A stretch of 64,000 bases of DNA from assembly GCF_963921235.1 (NCBI RefSeq), contig NC_086098.1, positions 85,560,001 to 85,624,000 of the forward strand. The letters are read 5' to 3'. The first letter of the stretch is position 1. Each line of letters opens with the position of its first letter. Origin of the DNA: Mobula hypostoma (lineage: Eukaryota). Positions 1-11,949 of this stretch are shown one piece after another. Below the pieces are notes generated by a model, which was given only the letters and a program-made list of their open reading frames with translations, ran no database searches and was not told the origin of the DNA. The position numbers and the translations under genes were made by a program.

Positions 1-1640
1 ACACCATCACCTCTTACAAAGTGAAACCAAGTGACAACAGGACTTCACCCCAGATGAGCTCACTTTGCTCAAAGTGCCTCTGTGCTCACTTTGACTGTCA
101 AATCATGGCAGAACCTTCACAAACTCCCACTGCCCCCAATGATTCTGTGATTTTAGTCTCTGAGCCGACGTGAGAACATCCTTCAGGAGGGTGAACCCAC
201 AGAAACCATCCGGCCCAGATGGGGTATCTGGCTAAGTAGTAAAGGCAAGTGCCGATCAACTGGCTGGTGTGTTCACTGAGATCTTTAACCTCTCACTTCA
301 GCAGTCTGAGGTAGCACCTGCTTCAAGCAGGCTTCAATCATATGGTGCCCAAGAAGAACTGGTAACCTGCCTCAATAACTATTGTCCAGTAGCACTTACA
401 TCCTCTGTGATGAAGTGCTTTGAGAGGTTGGTAATGAGACATATCAACTCCTGCCAGGGAAGTGACTTGGATCCACTCCAATTTACTGTTCCATAGCAGA
501 TACCATCTCATTTGTCTCTTCACTCAACCCTGGAACATCTGGACAGCGAAGATACATTCATCAGGATGCTCTTTATCGACGACAGCTCAGCATTCAATAC
601 TGTCAACCCCTGAAAACTAATCAATGAGCTTCAAAACATTGGCCTCAATACTTCCTTGTGCAATTGGATTCCTGATTTCCTCACTTGCAGACCCCAAGCA
701 GTTTGCAGTTTGGATTGGCAACATCATCTCCTCCACAATGTCCATCAGCACAGGTGCACCACAAGGCTGTGTGTTTAGCCTGCTGCTCTTCTCACTTTGC
801 ACTTATGACTGGGTGCCTAAGCACAGCTCAAATGTCATATTTGTTTTCTGATGACACCACTGTTGTGAGCCAAGTCAAAGGCGGTGATGCATCACCATAT
901 AGGAGGAAGATTGAAAATCAGACTGAGTGGTGCCACAACAATAACCTCTCTCCCAATGTCAGTAAGACACAAGGAGTTGATTATTGATTTCAGGAGGAGG
1001 AAACCCGAGGTCCATGAACCAGTCCTCATCGGAGGTTCAGAGGTAGAAAAGGTTTTAATTCCTTGGAGTTATCGTTTCAGAGGACTTGTCATGGCCCAGC
1101 ACAAAAGTGCAATTATGAAGAAAGCACATCAGTGAGTACTTCCTTAGGAGTTTGCAAAAATTCAACATGATAGCTATAATTTTGACTAACTTCTACAGAT
1201 GTGTGGTGGAGAGTATATTTACTGGCTGGATCACAGTCAGTTATGGAAACACCAAAGCCCTTGCACAGAAAATCCTACCGAAAGTGGATGTAGCCCAGCT
1301 GATAACATTTAAAGCCTTCCCCACCACTGAGCGCATCTACACAGAGCATTGTCACCAGGAAAGCAGTATCCATCCTCGGGAACTCCACCTCCCAGGGAAT
1401 GCTCTCTCCTCACTGCTGCCATCAGAAAGGTAGACCAATGGGACCCACAGGTGCCTCGGGACCCACATCACCACATTCAGGAACAGTTATTAACCTTCAA
1501 TCATCAGGCTCTTGAACCAGAAAGGATAACTTCACTCAACTTCACTTACCCCATCACCGAACTGTTCCCATAATCTGTGGACTCACTTTCAAGGGTTCTT
1601 CATCTCATGTTCTCAATATTAATTGTTTATTTATTTATTT
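1..1640 (+). mobile_element. Degenerate Rex1/Babar-type LINE (RT and 3' end)
   Basis: [49 protein letters not shown]; many frameshifts; TTTA-rich tail. Confidence 0.85.
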
Positions 1641-1779
1641 TTATATTTGCTCAACCTTGGAAAGAAATCCTTCAGCCTCCATGCAATCTGGCTCACTGGC
1701 TACTTTATCACAGATGGTATAAGGAGCCAGACAGACTTTGTAAAATATTGGTGTAGCATTTTCATTAAACAGTATTTTA

Positions 1780-2180
1780 CTCTTAAAGTGTTTGTGAGTT
1801 TTCCACTGTCATCCCTGTACACTGCTGTGGCATCATCCAATACCCTTCTGAATTTGCTTTCAGGTGACCCTATTGCAGGGGATGTGGCATGCAAATGGCA
1901 GATGGACCTTCAATCAAGTTGTAATTGTCTCAGCCAATCACAGCCCCACAATGCTGGCCCTCTTGTTTCTGCCACATACAAACCCAATGTGGCTTGTTGG
2001 TTGTTGCATTTCACTGTTACTTACAAATGTCATTAAAACAGGAGTTATCTTTTCTCCAGTATAAGTTCTTAGTTAGATATCTGCAGGCTTCATTTCAGCA
2101 TCTTTGAAATGCCATTCAAATTCATTTTGTGGAATGACTGGAACAGTTGAGCCAGTGTCCAATGCCATTTTAAATAATTT
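1780..2180 (-). mobile_element. Ty3/Gypsy LTR-retrotransposon aspartic protease relic
   Basis: Minus-strand translation MALDTGSTVPVIP...LRTYTGEKITP...LGLYVAETRGPALWGCDWLRQLQLD with stops; DTG active-site motif and G-x-DWL motif. Confidence 0.75.
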
Positions 2181-2206
2181 GTTGTGCACTCCTGCTGTGA
2201 GCCATG

Positions 2207-2930
2207 TTACTTGCCTCCTGTGAGGAGAAGGGGTATGACGGGGTCGAGAGTGGGGAATTGAAAAAGAGGGAAGCGGGAGGGGAGAAACCGAAAATTGGAG
2301 AAATCGATGTTCATCCCATCAAGTTGGAGGCTACCTAGATGGAATATGAGGTGTTGAGAGGCCTCATCATGACGGCAGAGGAGACCAGGCACTGACATGT
2401 CAGAAGTGGAATGGAGATTGGAATTAAAATCGTTGGCCACCCACTGGGAAATCCTACTTTTTGCAGATGAGGCGAAGGTGCTCAACAAAGCTGTTTCCCC
2501 AATCTAAGTCGGTCTCATCAGTGTAGAAAAGGCCACATCAGGAGCACTGGGTACAATAGATTTGGACATGGAAGAGTTGCCTTAGCAGGAAGGACCTTTT
2601 GAGGCCCTGAATGGAGGTGAGGGAGGAGGTGAACGGGCAAGCGTAGAACTTCTTTCACTTGTAGGGATAAGTGTCAACGGAGTAATTAGTTGGGAGGGAT
2701 GAACAAACATGGGAACCACAGAGGGAGCGATCCCCGTGGAAAGCAGAGAGTTGGGGGGAAGGGGAAGTAGAAAACATGTTTGGTGACAGGGTCCTGCTGA
2801 AGATGGCGGAAGCTGTGGAGAATGATGCTTGGTGGTAGGTAGGAAGAGCACAAGAGGAACTCCAGCCCTGTTAAGGTGACAGGAAGATGGTGTCCAGGAA
2901 ATAGAGGAGATGTGTGCGTGGGCAGCTGCT
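2207..2930 (-). mobile_element. Penelope-like element fragment (GIY-YIG end)
   Basis: VANDFNS..HS.SDMSVPGLL..EA.QHLIFHLGSLQ..GMNIDFSNFR. Confidence 0.8.
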
Positions 2931-2956
2931 GGAAGCACGCTGTTTATTTGCCCCAA

Positions 2957-3382
2957 GTGGGTAGTGGGTAGTGGCTCTACATGTCATTACTACAGTGCGT
3001 GATGACCCTGCCTCACACGAGTCCCAGGCTCAGCTGTCTCCGGCTGACAGTACCCGGTATGGGCCCCTATCCAGGGTTACGGATCCCACTGCCTTGTGGG
3101 TATCTTCGGGAGAAGAGAAGGCTAAGGAGTAAACCCTACGCAAATCCCGAGTGGAGCCCCTAAGGCGGTTGGATGGTGTATCACGTCACCTCCCGGCAGC
3201 TCCTGCAACCACGCTGATGCCAAATGTACTGCTTCGCTTTCCTTTGGACCACGTCCGCGAGGTCGAGAGGGGGATCTTGATGTCTGGGCAGCCCAGGATC
3301 TCCATATTCATCGCCCAGGTCTGCACCCCAAAATCTGGGCGCATCCATTGTCTACTTAGACGGACGGAGCCATTAATTAATT
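2957..3382. repeat. Short CpG-rich interspersed element (non-autonomous retroposon?)
   Basis: CpG-rich 430-bp block in a CpG-poor background, flanked by similar TT(T/G)CCCCAA sequences; family not identified. Confidence 0.4.
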
Positions 3383-3459
3383 TTCCCCAAACCCACCTCT
3401 TGAAATTCCAATGGAATTCAAGGGATTCCAGTGGTTTTCAATATCCTGCTCCCAAGTGA

Positions 3460-4380
3460 TGATTTACAAGGATGTTGCTGGGACTTCAGAACCTGAGTTA
3501 TAGGGAAAATGTAAACAGGTTAGCATTTTACTCCCTAGAGCATGGGAGAATGAGGGGAGATTTGATAGAGGTATACAAAATTCTCAGTGGTATAGTTAGG
3601 GTTAATGCAAGCAAGCTTTTTCCACTTAAGTTGGATGAGACTCAAACTAGAGGTCATGGGTTAAGGGAGCTAAAGATGGTGGCAGAGGTTTTGGTGGACC
3701 TGGGCGACTTCTTCCAGTTCACCTGTGAAGCAGTTTAAATCTCCTGTTCTCATGTGTCTTTTTTCCTTTTCAAGGTGGCTGGGGTCCTGTCGAAATCTAT
3801 AATATACAGCTGCTTTTAGGGCTCTCCAGGAGTAGCTGGAAGACATGCATCCTCTCCAGATCATTGTCTCTGGGGGGCTTTGCTATTGCTTGCATGCTGG
3901 GTGTTGTGGGAGGGGGCAGTTATGCTCTTGCTGAGCAAGTGGGGGGAGGGTTGGTGCTTTCACTGCTGCTTGTGCGTGGGAGGGTGGAGGGGGTCTTTGG
4001 GGTTCCAACATCTTCCTGTCATTTATTCTTTGGGTTTTTTCCCTCTGTTTTGTGGATGTCTGTGGAGAGTACGAATTTCAGGTTGAATACCGTATACATT
4101 CTCTGATATTAAACTGAACCATTGAAGGGTGAAAGATGAAGTGTTTGAGGGGAACTGCTTCACTCAGAGGGAGGTGAGAGTATGGAATGAGCTGCCAGCA
4201 GGAGTGTTGGGTGTGGATTCGATTTCAATATTTAATAGAAATTTGGATAAATACATGGTTGGGAAGGGTAGGGAGAGCTATGGTCCAGGTGCTAGGAACT
4301 AAGATGGAACTGGGCAGAATAATTGTTTGGATGGACTGAAGGGCCTGTTTCTGTGCTAAAGTGCTCTAAGACTCTATGAC
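3460..4380 (+). mobile_element. CR1 LINE 3' fragment interrupted by another insertion (~3669-4126)
   Basis: LSYRE..RL..YSLEH.RMRGDLIEVYKI...TRGH; typical CR1 3' tail GACTCTATGACTCT. Confidence 0.8.
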
Positions 4381-5050
4381 TCTCTTTAGCCACCACTCTA
4401 GAAGCCACTTGTTTTCAGGTACAGAGAGTACGAAAGAAGTTAGAAGCAGAAAATGTTGGCAAAAACTCATCAAGTCAGTCAGCTTGTGCTTCCTCAATGT
4501 AATGATGAGATGAAATGATCTACAGGCATGAATGCAAACTCTGTCACTAAATTCATTAATGCTGCATTCGTTCATTTCATCGGGGCATTGAAAAAACCAC
4601 AAGTAGTACAAGTTTCCACTGTATCTCAGTGCATCACCAGATCCTAGGCAGCAGCCACTTACTCCTTCACCAACAATGATTTAACACTTAGACAAAATAA
4701 ATGCCATTTCTATAGCATCTTGCAAAACTTAAAGACCATAAGACATAGGAGCAGAATTAGGTCATCTGTCCACCATTCCATAATGGCTGATTTATTATCC
4801 CTCTCAACTTCATTTGCCTGCCTTCTCCTCATAACCTTTGACACCCTGAATAATCAAGAACCTAACAACTTCCGCTTTAAATGTATTCAATAACTTAGCC
4901 TCCGCAGCCATCTGTGGCAATGAATTCCACAGATTCACCAACCTCTGGCTAAAGAATTCCTTCTCATTTCTATTCTAAATGAACATACCTTTATTCTGAG
5001 GTTGTGTCTTTTACTATAGGAAACATCCTCTCCACATCCACTCTATCAAA

Positions 5051-8000
5051 GTTAGTTGGTTAATCACTGTCTGTTACACCACTGGTGTTTCGGGCAGCAA
5101 TGAAGAACTTCCATCTCTGTTTGTCCTTGACCATCTTCTCTATGTACCCCAGATGTGGTTCACAGCCTTCACTTCTGCCTCTACAGTATGGCACTAAGTT
5201 GTGTTTGATTTCCTGCGTTTCCTCTGCCCTTCAGGGGTCTAATGAAGTGCTGTCTTAGATGCTGGAGTTGACCTGTCTTCTCATCATGTGCCCAATCCAT
5301 CGCCAACATTTCCTCATGATGATGGTGGCCATGTCCTCTTGGTGACACTGAAGGAGTAGGGCAAGATTGAAGATCTTTCTTGGCCAGAAAATACAGAGGA
5401 TCTTCCAGAGGCTCATGGTGTGGAATGACGACAGCTTGGCAAGGTTGCTCTCTGTCATACGTCAGCATTCTGACCCATACACTGAGAACAGTACAGAGCT
5501 CTGGTACAGCTTCACCTTGGTGTGGACACTGTACTTGGTTGACCCCCGTAAGTTGCTCATTGATCCGAAGACAGTTCTAGTTCTGCTGAGTGTGCACTGG
5601 ACATCGTCCTTGGTCCCACCGTCCTGCCGAATGATGCTGCCCGGGTGGGTGAATCTGCCAGTGCCAGGTAACTCGGCGCCATGTGCTGTGACAGGAGGAG
5701 ATTCCACATTGAGGGTCATGGTCTCAGTCACTCTCCAGCCCACTCTGAGTCCAGCCTGTCCATCAAAGGTATACGGGCACTGGGTTTTCTCTCGCATGTG
5801 CTGGTGTGTATGTGACAGCATCCGCAAAGTCAAGGTCTTCTAAAGTAGAGAATAGAGTCCACCTAATGCCTCTCTGCTTATATTTCATTGTTTGCCTCAT
5901 AACCCAGTCAATCACCAGGTTAAATAATATCACCAACATCACACAGCCGTGCCTGACTCCTGTCTTGACTTCAAAGCTAAAATTACAGTCCCAACTATGC
6001 AGGTGAAATTAATATAGAAACTCTGGATAAACTGGACAATCTTGGAAGTACAATCTGAGAATTCACCACAGGCTCTCCCTGGTGGTACTGGAAACTCTTT
6101 ATTTAGGTTTCCAGTATCTGCAGTTGTTTTAATTTACTGCAGGATTTTGACTGATTACATCTTCCAGTCATTCACATGTTTGTAATACATGCCATGTCAC
6201 CTTCAAATAAAGATCACAAAGAAAGACTGGCTGAGGGGCAGGAGCCTTCTCAAAGTCCATGAAATTTACATCCAGCTGTCTCTGGCATTCTGTGCACTCT
6301 TCTATGATTTAACACAGCATGACGATCTGATTGACACAGCCTCTGTCTCTCCTGAAGCCCAGCTTACTCTTTCCTGAAGTACATATCGACAGCATCTGTA
6401 ATCTATTGGACAATGACTTTGGCGAGAATCTTGCTGGGCACTGACGAAAGTCTAATGCCATGCCAGTTGCTGCAATCACTTCATGCTCCTTTCTTGGGGA
6501 TCCTAACAATGACTTCCTTTGACCAGTCCTTTTGTATTTGTCCCCATTCCCAGATTATAGTAAGCAGTGGTGGTAGAATGGCTGTTGCAACTTCTGGTTC
6601 ACTTTGAACAGGTCAGCATTCAAATTGTCATGTCCTGGAGCTTTGTCATTCTTTATTGATTTAACCGCAGCAACAGATCTGTGGATCTGTGTTGATGTCA
6701 AGATCCTCTGCTGCCTCTAGTATGTCATGTTCTTCATTTGGTGGTTGTCTATTCTGTAATTCTCTGAAATATTCCATCTATTGTGATTCTTGCTCTTTTT
6801 CAGTTGTCAAAAGCAGACTGTTCTTATTCTCACGGGACCACTGGATCTGCCCCGGAACTTTCTGCATACCAGTTTTGAAATCTTGTATATATTTCCCGGA
6901 ACACCTTGAATAGCTGCTGCTTCAGCATCCTGTACAAGGTCTTCCATGTAGACTCTCTTATCCTTTCTAATAGGTCTCTTCACCTTCTTGTTAGCTTCAG
7001 TGTATGCTAGGTGAAATTTCTCCTTAATTCATGTTGACTTTGCATCCAACACTTTCTTTTTAATTTTCTGTATTTCTTCTAAGGCTGTCCATCTTTCCTA
7101 CTATATCCATTCTTTGTTCTTCTTTCCAGCTCTGTATCTCAGACAAGCCTCGCTGCTCTCCTTGAAGACAGAGGCAATCTGTTTCCACATTGTGTCAATC
7201 TTCTCTACAGACACATCCTCAGCAAGGTCTTACAAGACCTGGAATCCATTCTTAAGCTGAATGGTGAAGGCAGATCTCACACTGGTGTCCTTGAGCTTTT
7301 TGACATCAAAACATCTTTGTGTATTTGTTCTGGTCCCAGCGCTTCTCAGCTTGAGTTTCATCACTGCTACATCAAGGTGGTGATCACTTCCTGTATCTGC
7401 TCCTCTCTTCTAACATCCTGCAAGGATCGTCTCCACGTACCATTGATCATTAAATGGTCAGTCTGGTTCTTGTCACATCCATTGGCTGAGCACCATGTCA
7501 GTTTGTGGATTTCACAGTGTGGAAAGAAAGTCCCTCCTTTCACCAAATTGTTCATGGCACAGAATTCCACCAGTCCTTCACCACTGTTATTCATTATTCC
7601 ACATCCATGCATGCCCCTGACCCTAGTGAAGTGTGAGTTGTTATTTCCCACTTTGGCATTTAGGTCTCCAATGACAATGGTTGTTATGGCGCGGCGTTAA
7701 CTCTAGCTCTGATTGCAGCTGTTCACAGAAGACATCCATTTCTTCGATGTCACTGTCATCAGTAGGAGCACAGTCGTGTTCCCCTGCTTCCCTTTCAGCC
7801 TGACTGCTGATTGGTCTCGACTCCAGCAAGCGCTTCTCAATGCTTCTCTTCAAAATGACAGCTGCACCATCATGATGCTGACCATCTGACTATAAACTCT
7901 TTACCCAGTTGCTACCTTTAGACTGCCAGACCTCTTTCACTGACGCCCAGTATATGTAGGTTGTAACCACACATTTCTACACTTATTTGTGCTAGCTTGC

Positions 8001-8402
8001 CAATGTTGCATATGATTCGTACATTACAAAAAACAACTTGGTCTAATCTTGGTGATGTTCAGGGCTTCCTTCATCATGCTGGTAGCTTCCTCTTGGTTTT
8101 CACTACTGTCAGTGATGCAAATCCTGGGTGGAGACTCAGGAATACCATCATACACAGAAATGGGACTCTTCATTACTGTTTCCGTAACAATTGTTTTGAC
8201 CAGTCAGGATCGTTAGCCCTGAGCTGAACCCCAAAACCTGGAGCACCAGTGAACCACTCTTAGTCTGACCTCTACCCTTTGACCTGTTTAGCACAGATCA
8301 CTCACCAAAAGTCAAAGCACAAGGTCCTGACCCCAGCCAACACAGCTCTCCAGCTCTCGCAAGCATCCAAACCCTACGGCAAGGTTGTGGTTCTCTCAGA
8401 GG
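5051..8402 (-). mobile_element. RTE-clade LINE, near full-length and degenerate, with 11-bp TSD
   Basis: TSD ACTCTATCAAA at 5040-5050 and 8403-8413; EN motifs (CAPTDDS, GDLNAKVG, IHKLTWCS..DKNQTDHLMI); C-terminal WRWIGH...LHxTPEGQRKRRK. Confidence 0.85.
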
Positions 8403-8599
8403 ACTCTATCAAAAGCACCTCACAAAGTACTGTCCTGATCCCCTGAACGGCAATCTGATAAAGATATTTGAAATATTGGATAAGAGAATAAAGGTGTTGG
8501 GAATGTCAAGCTCTCCAATTCTGCTTTCCACAAAGGCTCTCATTCCACGTGCTTTCCACCCAGCGGTACTACCTCAGGCCATGATTTGATTACAAGCTC

Positions 8600-9130
8600 T
8601 AGACTTTATTGTGAACAGTTTTGGACCTCATATCTAAGATTAGATGTGCTGGCATTGTAGACGGTCCAGAGCTGGTTCACAACATAATGAAAGGGCTAAT
8701 TAATGAAGAGCATGTGATGGCTCTGGGTTTGTATTTTTGGTGAAGTTTAGAAGAATGACAGGGGTTAACACTGAAACCTACTGACAGTCCTAGATAGAGT
8801 GGACATGGAGAGGATGTTTCTATTAGTGGACATGGAGAGGATGTTTCTATTAGTGGACCATAGGGCACAGCCTCAGAATAGAAAGATGTTCCTTTAGAAC
8901 AGAGATGAGGAGGAATTTCTTTAGCTAGGTGAATCATCGCCACAGATGCCTGTAAAGGCTAAGTCATTGGGTAAATTCATAGCAGAGGTCGATAAGCTCT
9001 TTATTAGTAAGGGCATCAAAGGTTATGGGGAAAAGGTGGTTGAGGAGGAAAATAAACCAGCTATGATTGATTTGTGGAGCTGATTCAATAGGCCAAATAG
9101 CCTGATTCGGATTCCAGGTCTTATGGTCTA
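8600..9130 (+). mobile_element. CR1 LINE 3' fragment
   Basis: CR1 3' region ending TCTTATGGTCT; internal 27-bp tandem duplication at ~8798-8858. Confidence 0.7.
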
Positions 9131-9313
9131 ATAAACTCCAAATCCACACTCACCTAGAGGTCCAGGCCTCACATTCCCTTTAACACTGACAATCATGGTG
9201 CCCCTTTGGCCAAACCACAGAGATAAAATCCAATAAGAAACAAATGCCTCAAATCAAATCTGAGTATTTTAAAAGTTACAGTCGAAGATTAAAGTGTTAC
9301 ACAGAAGGCTCAC

Positions 9314-9446
9314 CTGCTCAGCTAATGTATCTAGAAGGTTCAGTGACTCACAAGCATTCTTAGCTGCAAACTGTTTAGCTTTCTTCTTCGTTTTGCCCTG
9401 GGCCTCAGGGTATATTGTATCCCCAAGTTCTGCAGAAGTTATGAAC
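9314..9446 (-). CDS. EIF2AK2: PKR-like second coding exon (dsRBM C-terminal half)
   Basis: cttcag|G TTC ATA...GAG CAG|GTGAGC; KTKKKAKQFAA motif. Confidence 0.82.
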
Positions 9447-10567
9447 CTGAAGTAGAGCAGACAGAGCAATGGAAATAAAATTAGCAAAGCAACAGCTAAT
9501 TTTTCTGCCTGAACATTTCCTGATCCATAAAATACCTCAAAGATCCTCTGGAGCCTGACCCTGTTCATTGGTACATGTCTCTCTCCAAAGGAACCTACAT
9601 GGGTTGGGATTCTCCCGGGAAAGAGAGGACCGATACAGCACAACGGACATAATAAAGGTCAGGTTTAGCTGCTGGTTTGTTTTCGTTCTGTACAAGTTTA
9701 TATCTTTTAATTTTTCACTTGGCATATACAGTATAAAAGTTAACCAATTTATAAACATGCACAGAGTTTTCCAATATACACTCAGTGGCCACTTTATTAG
9801 GTACTCCTGTACACTCACTCATTAATGCAAATATCTAATCAGCCAATCATGTGGCAGCAACTCAATGTATAAAAGCATGCAGACATGGTCAAGAAGGTCA
9901 GTTGTTGTTCAGACCAAATATCACAATGGGGAAGAAATGTGATCTAAGTGACTTTGACCATGGAACGATTGTTGGTGCCAGACAGGGTGGTTTGAGTATC
10001 TCAGAAACTGCTGATTTCAATGGCATTATATAAATACAACATACACATCTTCCAACTCCCAGACAGGTTTCCAGCCTCCAGACAGAATAAATTCCTCACT
10101 TAGACTCAGTGTTTGAATTCTCCACCAAAACTGAATATATTGAAGAAAGCAAATGTGATCTTTTGAAATTGAGTGAATAAAGCAAGATGGGTTTCAGGAG
10201 AAGATTAGCGCTGAGGGAAGAAATAAGACAATCTCATTAAGTAGCTTGGCTGCAAAGGCAACTCCAGCTTCAGATTCTTACCATGTCATGGCAGAACTCT
10301 CGATAGATATTACACCTGGAAGATGTTAAAGGAATTTCAGGGTTGCTAGATGGAGGAAGTTAAAACCGTGAGGAGGAACTGTGAACATGGAGTTGCAAAC
10401 AACATGATCAAAGAAATATATTCCTTAGCAACTTACACAGGGTCATGAGATGGTCCAGTTTGTGACTCTTTCCAGGTCAAGGTCTTATTGACTGCTACTG
10501 CATGAAGTTTGAGAATTTCCACATACTTGTAGCCAGCATCAGAAGTTGTTCCTTCTCCACTGGCCAT
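9314..10567 (-). CDS. EIF2AK2: dsRNA-binding-motif protein, likely PKR (eIF2-alpha kinase 2), 5' partial: join(10437-10567, 9314-9446)
   Basis: Spliced MASGEGTTSDAGYKYVEILKLHAVAVNKTLTWKESQTGPSHDPV|FITSAELGDTIYPEAQGKTKKKAKQFAAKNACESLNLLDTLAEQ forms an N-terminal dsRBM (GPxHxP, YP.A.G..KK.AK..AA) split by a phase-2 intron just after GPxH, as in PKR dsRBM1. ISRE upstream; neighbour of GPATCH11/HEATR5B as human EIF2AK2 is. Kinase exons not found in the window, so identity is inferred. Confidence 0.72.
9779..10020 (+). mobile_element. Tc1/mariner non-autonomous element, left part
   Basis: TA-CACTCAGTGGCCACTTTATTAGGTAC terminal repeat; MGKKCDLSDFDHGTIVGARQGGLSISETAD transposase N-terminus. Confidence 0.8.
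10437..10567 (-). CDS. EIF2AK2: PKR-like first coding exon (exon starts at 10580)
   Basis: ttacag| acceptor, AAAATGG Kozak context, donor GT|GTAAGT. Confidence 0.8.
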
Positions 10568-10586
10568 TTTCTTTCAGAAGCTGTAA

Positions 10587-11030
10587 TAGAACATAGAACA
10601 CAGAAAAGTACAGTTCATGATTTTGTGCCAACCTTTTAACCTATTCGAGGATCAATCCAACACTTCCCTCTCCCACAGCCTTCTATAGGCATATCATCTA
10701 CACGCCTATCTTAAAGTCCCTAATATATCTGCGTCTACCACCACTCCTGGTAGTGCATTCCACACACCCAACACTCTGTGTAACACTCTGACATCCCCTG
10801 TATAACCTCTTCCAATCACTTTAAGATTATACCCCCTTGTATTAGCCGTTGCCACCCTGGATAGTCGCTGTCTATCCGACCTGTGACTCTATGTTATACA
10901 GCTTATACAGCCCTATCCTATAATGAGGCGACTGGAATTGAACACAGTACTCCAGGCATAGTCTAACCAGAGTTTTACAGAGCTGCAACATTACCACAGA
11001 GCATATGAACTCAGTCCTCCGAAGCCCACA
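10587..11030 (-). mobile_element. CR1 LINE 3' fragment
   Basis: ATAGAACATAGAAC tail (reverse of CR1 GTTCTAT repeats) and CR1-like body. Confidence 0.7.
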
Positions 11031-11720
11031 GTTTGAGATTCCATTGCATCTGAGGTACGACTACAAGAGGGGCAATGACCCCCGTGAATAAAGACCGCGG
11101 GATCTTTCGTTCAGGCGCCTCCTGAGTTCGGAAACTTGACTTAGAGACGTAGGGGGCAGGGGAGCTGAACTTGTATATTGTAAGTCGCCAGCACCTTTAC
11201 CACTGTGTAGGATAGATTAACCATACACCACTGCCTCCCATCATCCCCCTGCCCCGAGAGATGTTCACCAACGCAGGTTATTTTAAATGGTCGCACAAAC
11301 CCACCTCGCGTCCGCACCCCAGTGAAAACCCAGACCAGCTCACTGTTCCTGCGCCGGCAAACCTCGGCATCTGCCCGCTATCCTACGCCGACGCTACAGT
11401 TTCCACTTCTACTTACGTTTCTCCGGCGTTACGCACTTTCGGTTTCGTTTCCCTCTAGTTTTGCAAGAGGGGTGTGGAGAAAGTCGCGGTCCGGGGAGGC
11501 CCTCACCCTCTGAGACGATGGAAGGCAGGGAGTAACTGCGATCGAGGTCTGCAGTCAGCAGTGATCTGCTGTAGTTAGACAGTGGGCAGCGGGTGTCACC
11601 GCAAGGCGAGGGCGTAAGCGAGTGCATCCCCAATCAATCACCTCAACTCCTCCGTGGTGGAACGGAACTGGATCTCGCGTTCACCCGTGAATTCCGCCCT
11701 TCCAGATTCGTATTGGTAAT
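11030..11720. promoter_or_regulatory. CpG-rich promoter region of the PKR-like gene
   Basis: High CpG density about 0.8 kb upstream of the first coding exon; contains the ISRE; candidate minus-strand donors near 11300-11415. Confidence 0.7.
11434..11453 (-). promoter_or_regulatory. Interferon-stimulated response element (ISRE/IRF-E), triple GAAA
   Basis: GGGAAACGAAACCGAAAGTG on the minus strand fits the GAAAN(N)GAAA consensus twice. Confidence 0.8.
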
Positions 11721-11949
11721 CAAGGATCAACTTTACTTGCCGTATACATGTTTTAGGAATTTGCTGCGGTGTGTTGGCGCGACGTGCAACAAAAAACAAT
11801 ATACAACAATTATAAAGAACAGTATAAAATAATAAGTTAGAGGCTAAAATACAGATATGAAATAAGATGTGTATAAATGCCAACACGTATTTGCGACCTT
11901 ATAAAGTGCGATTTTAAGTGTTAACAGTGCATAGTGGACAAAAAGGAGT

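Noticed and set aside
4409-4502. Plus-strand exon-like segment ttttcag|VQRVRKKLEAENVGKNSSSQSACASSM*
   Set aside because: No recognisable homology and no partner exons; may be chance.
9149-9215. Strong minus-strand donor (TAG|GTGAGT) just downstream of the PKR-like exon
   Set aside because: Every nearby acceptor gives an in-frame stop after the phase-0 junction.
9537-9818. ORF next to the dsRBM exon considered as its upstream exon
   Set aside because: Wrong phase or stop codon; the exon at 10437-10567 completes the dsRBM correctly.
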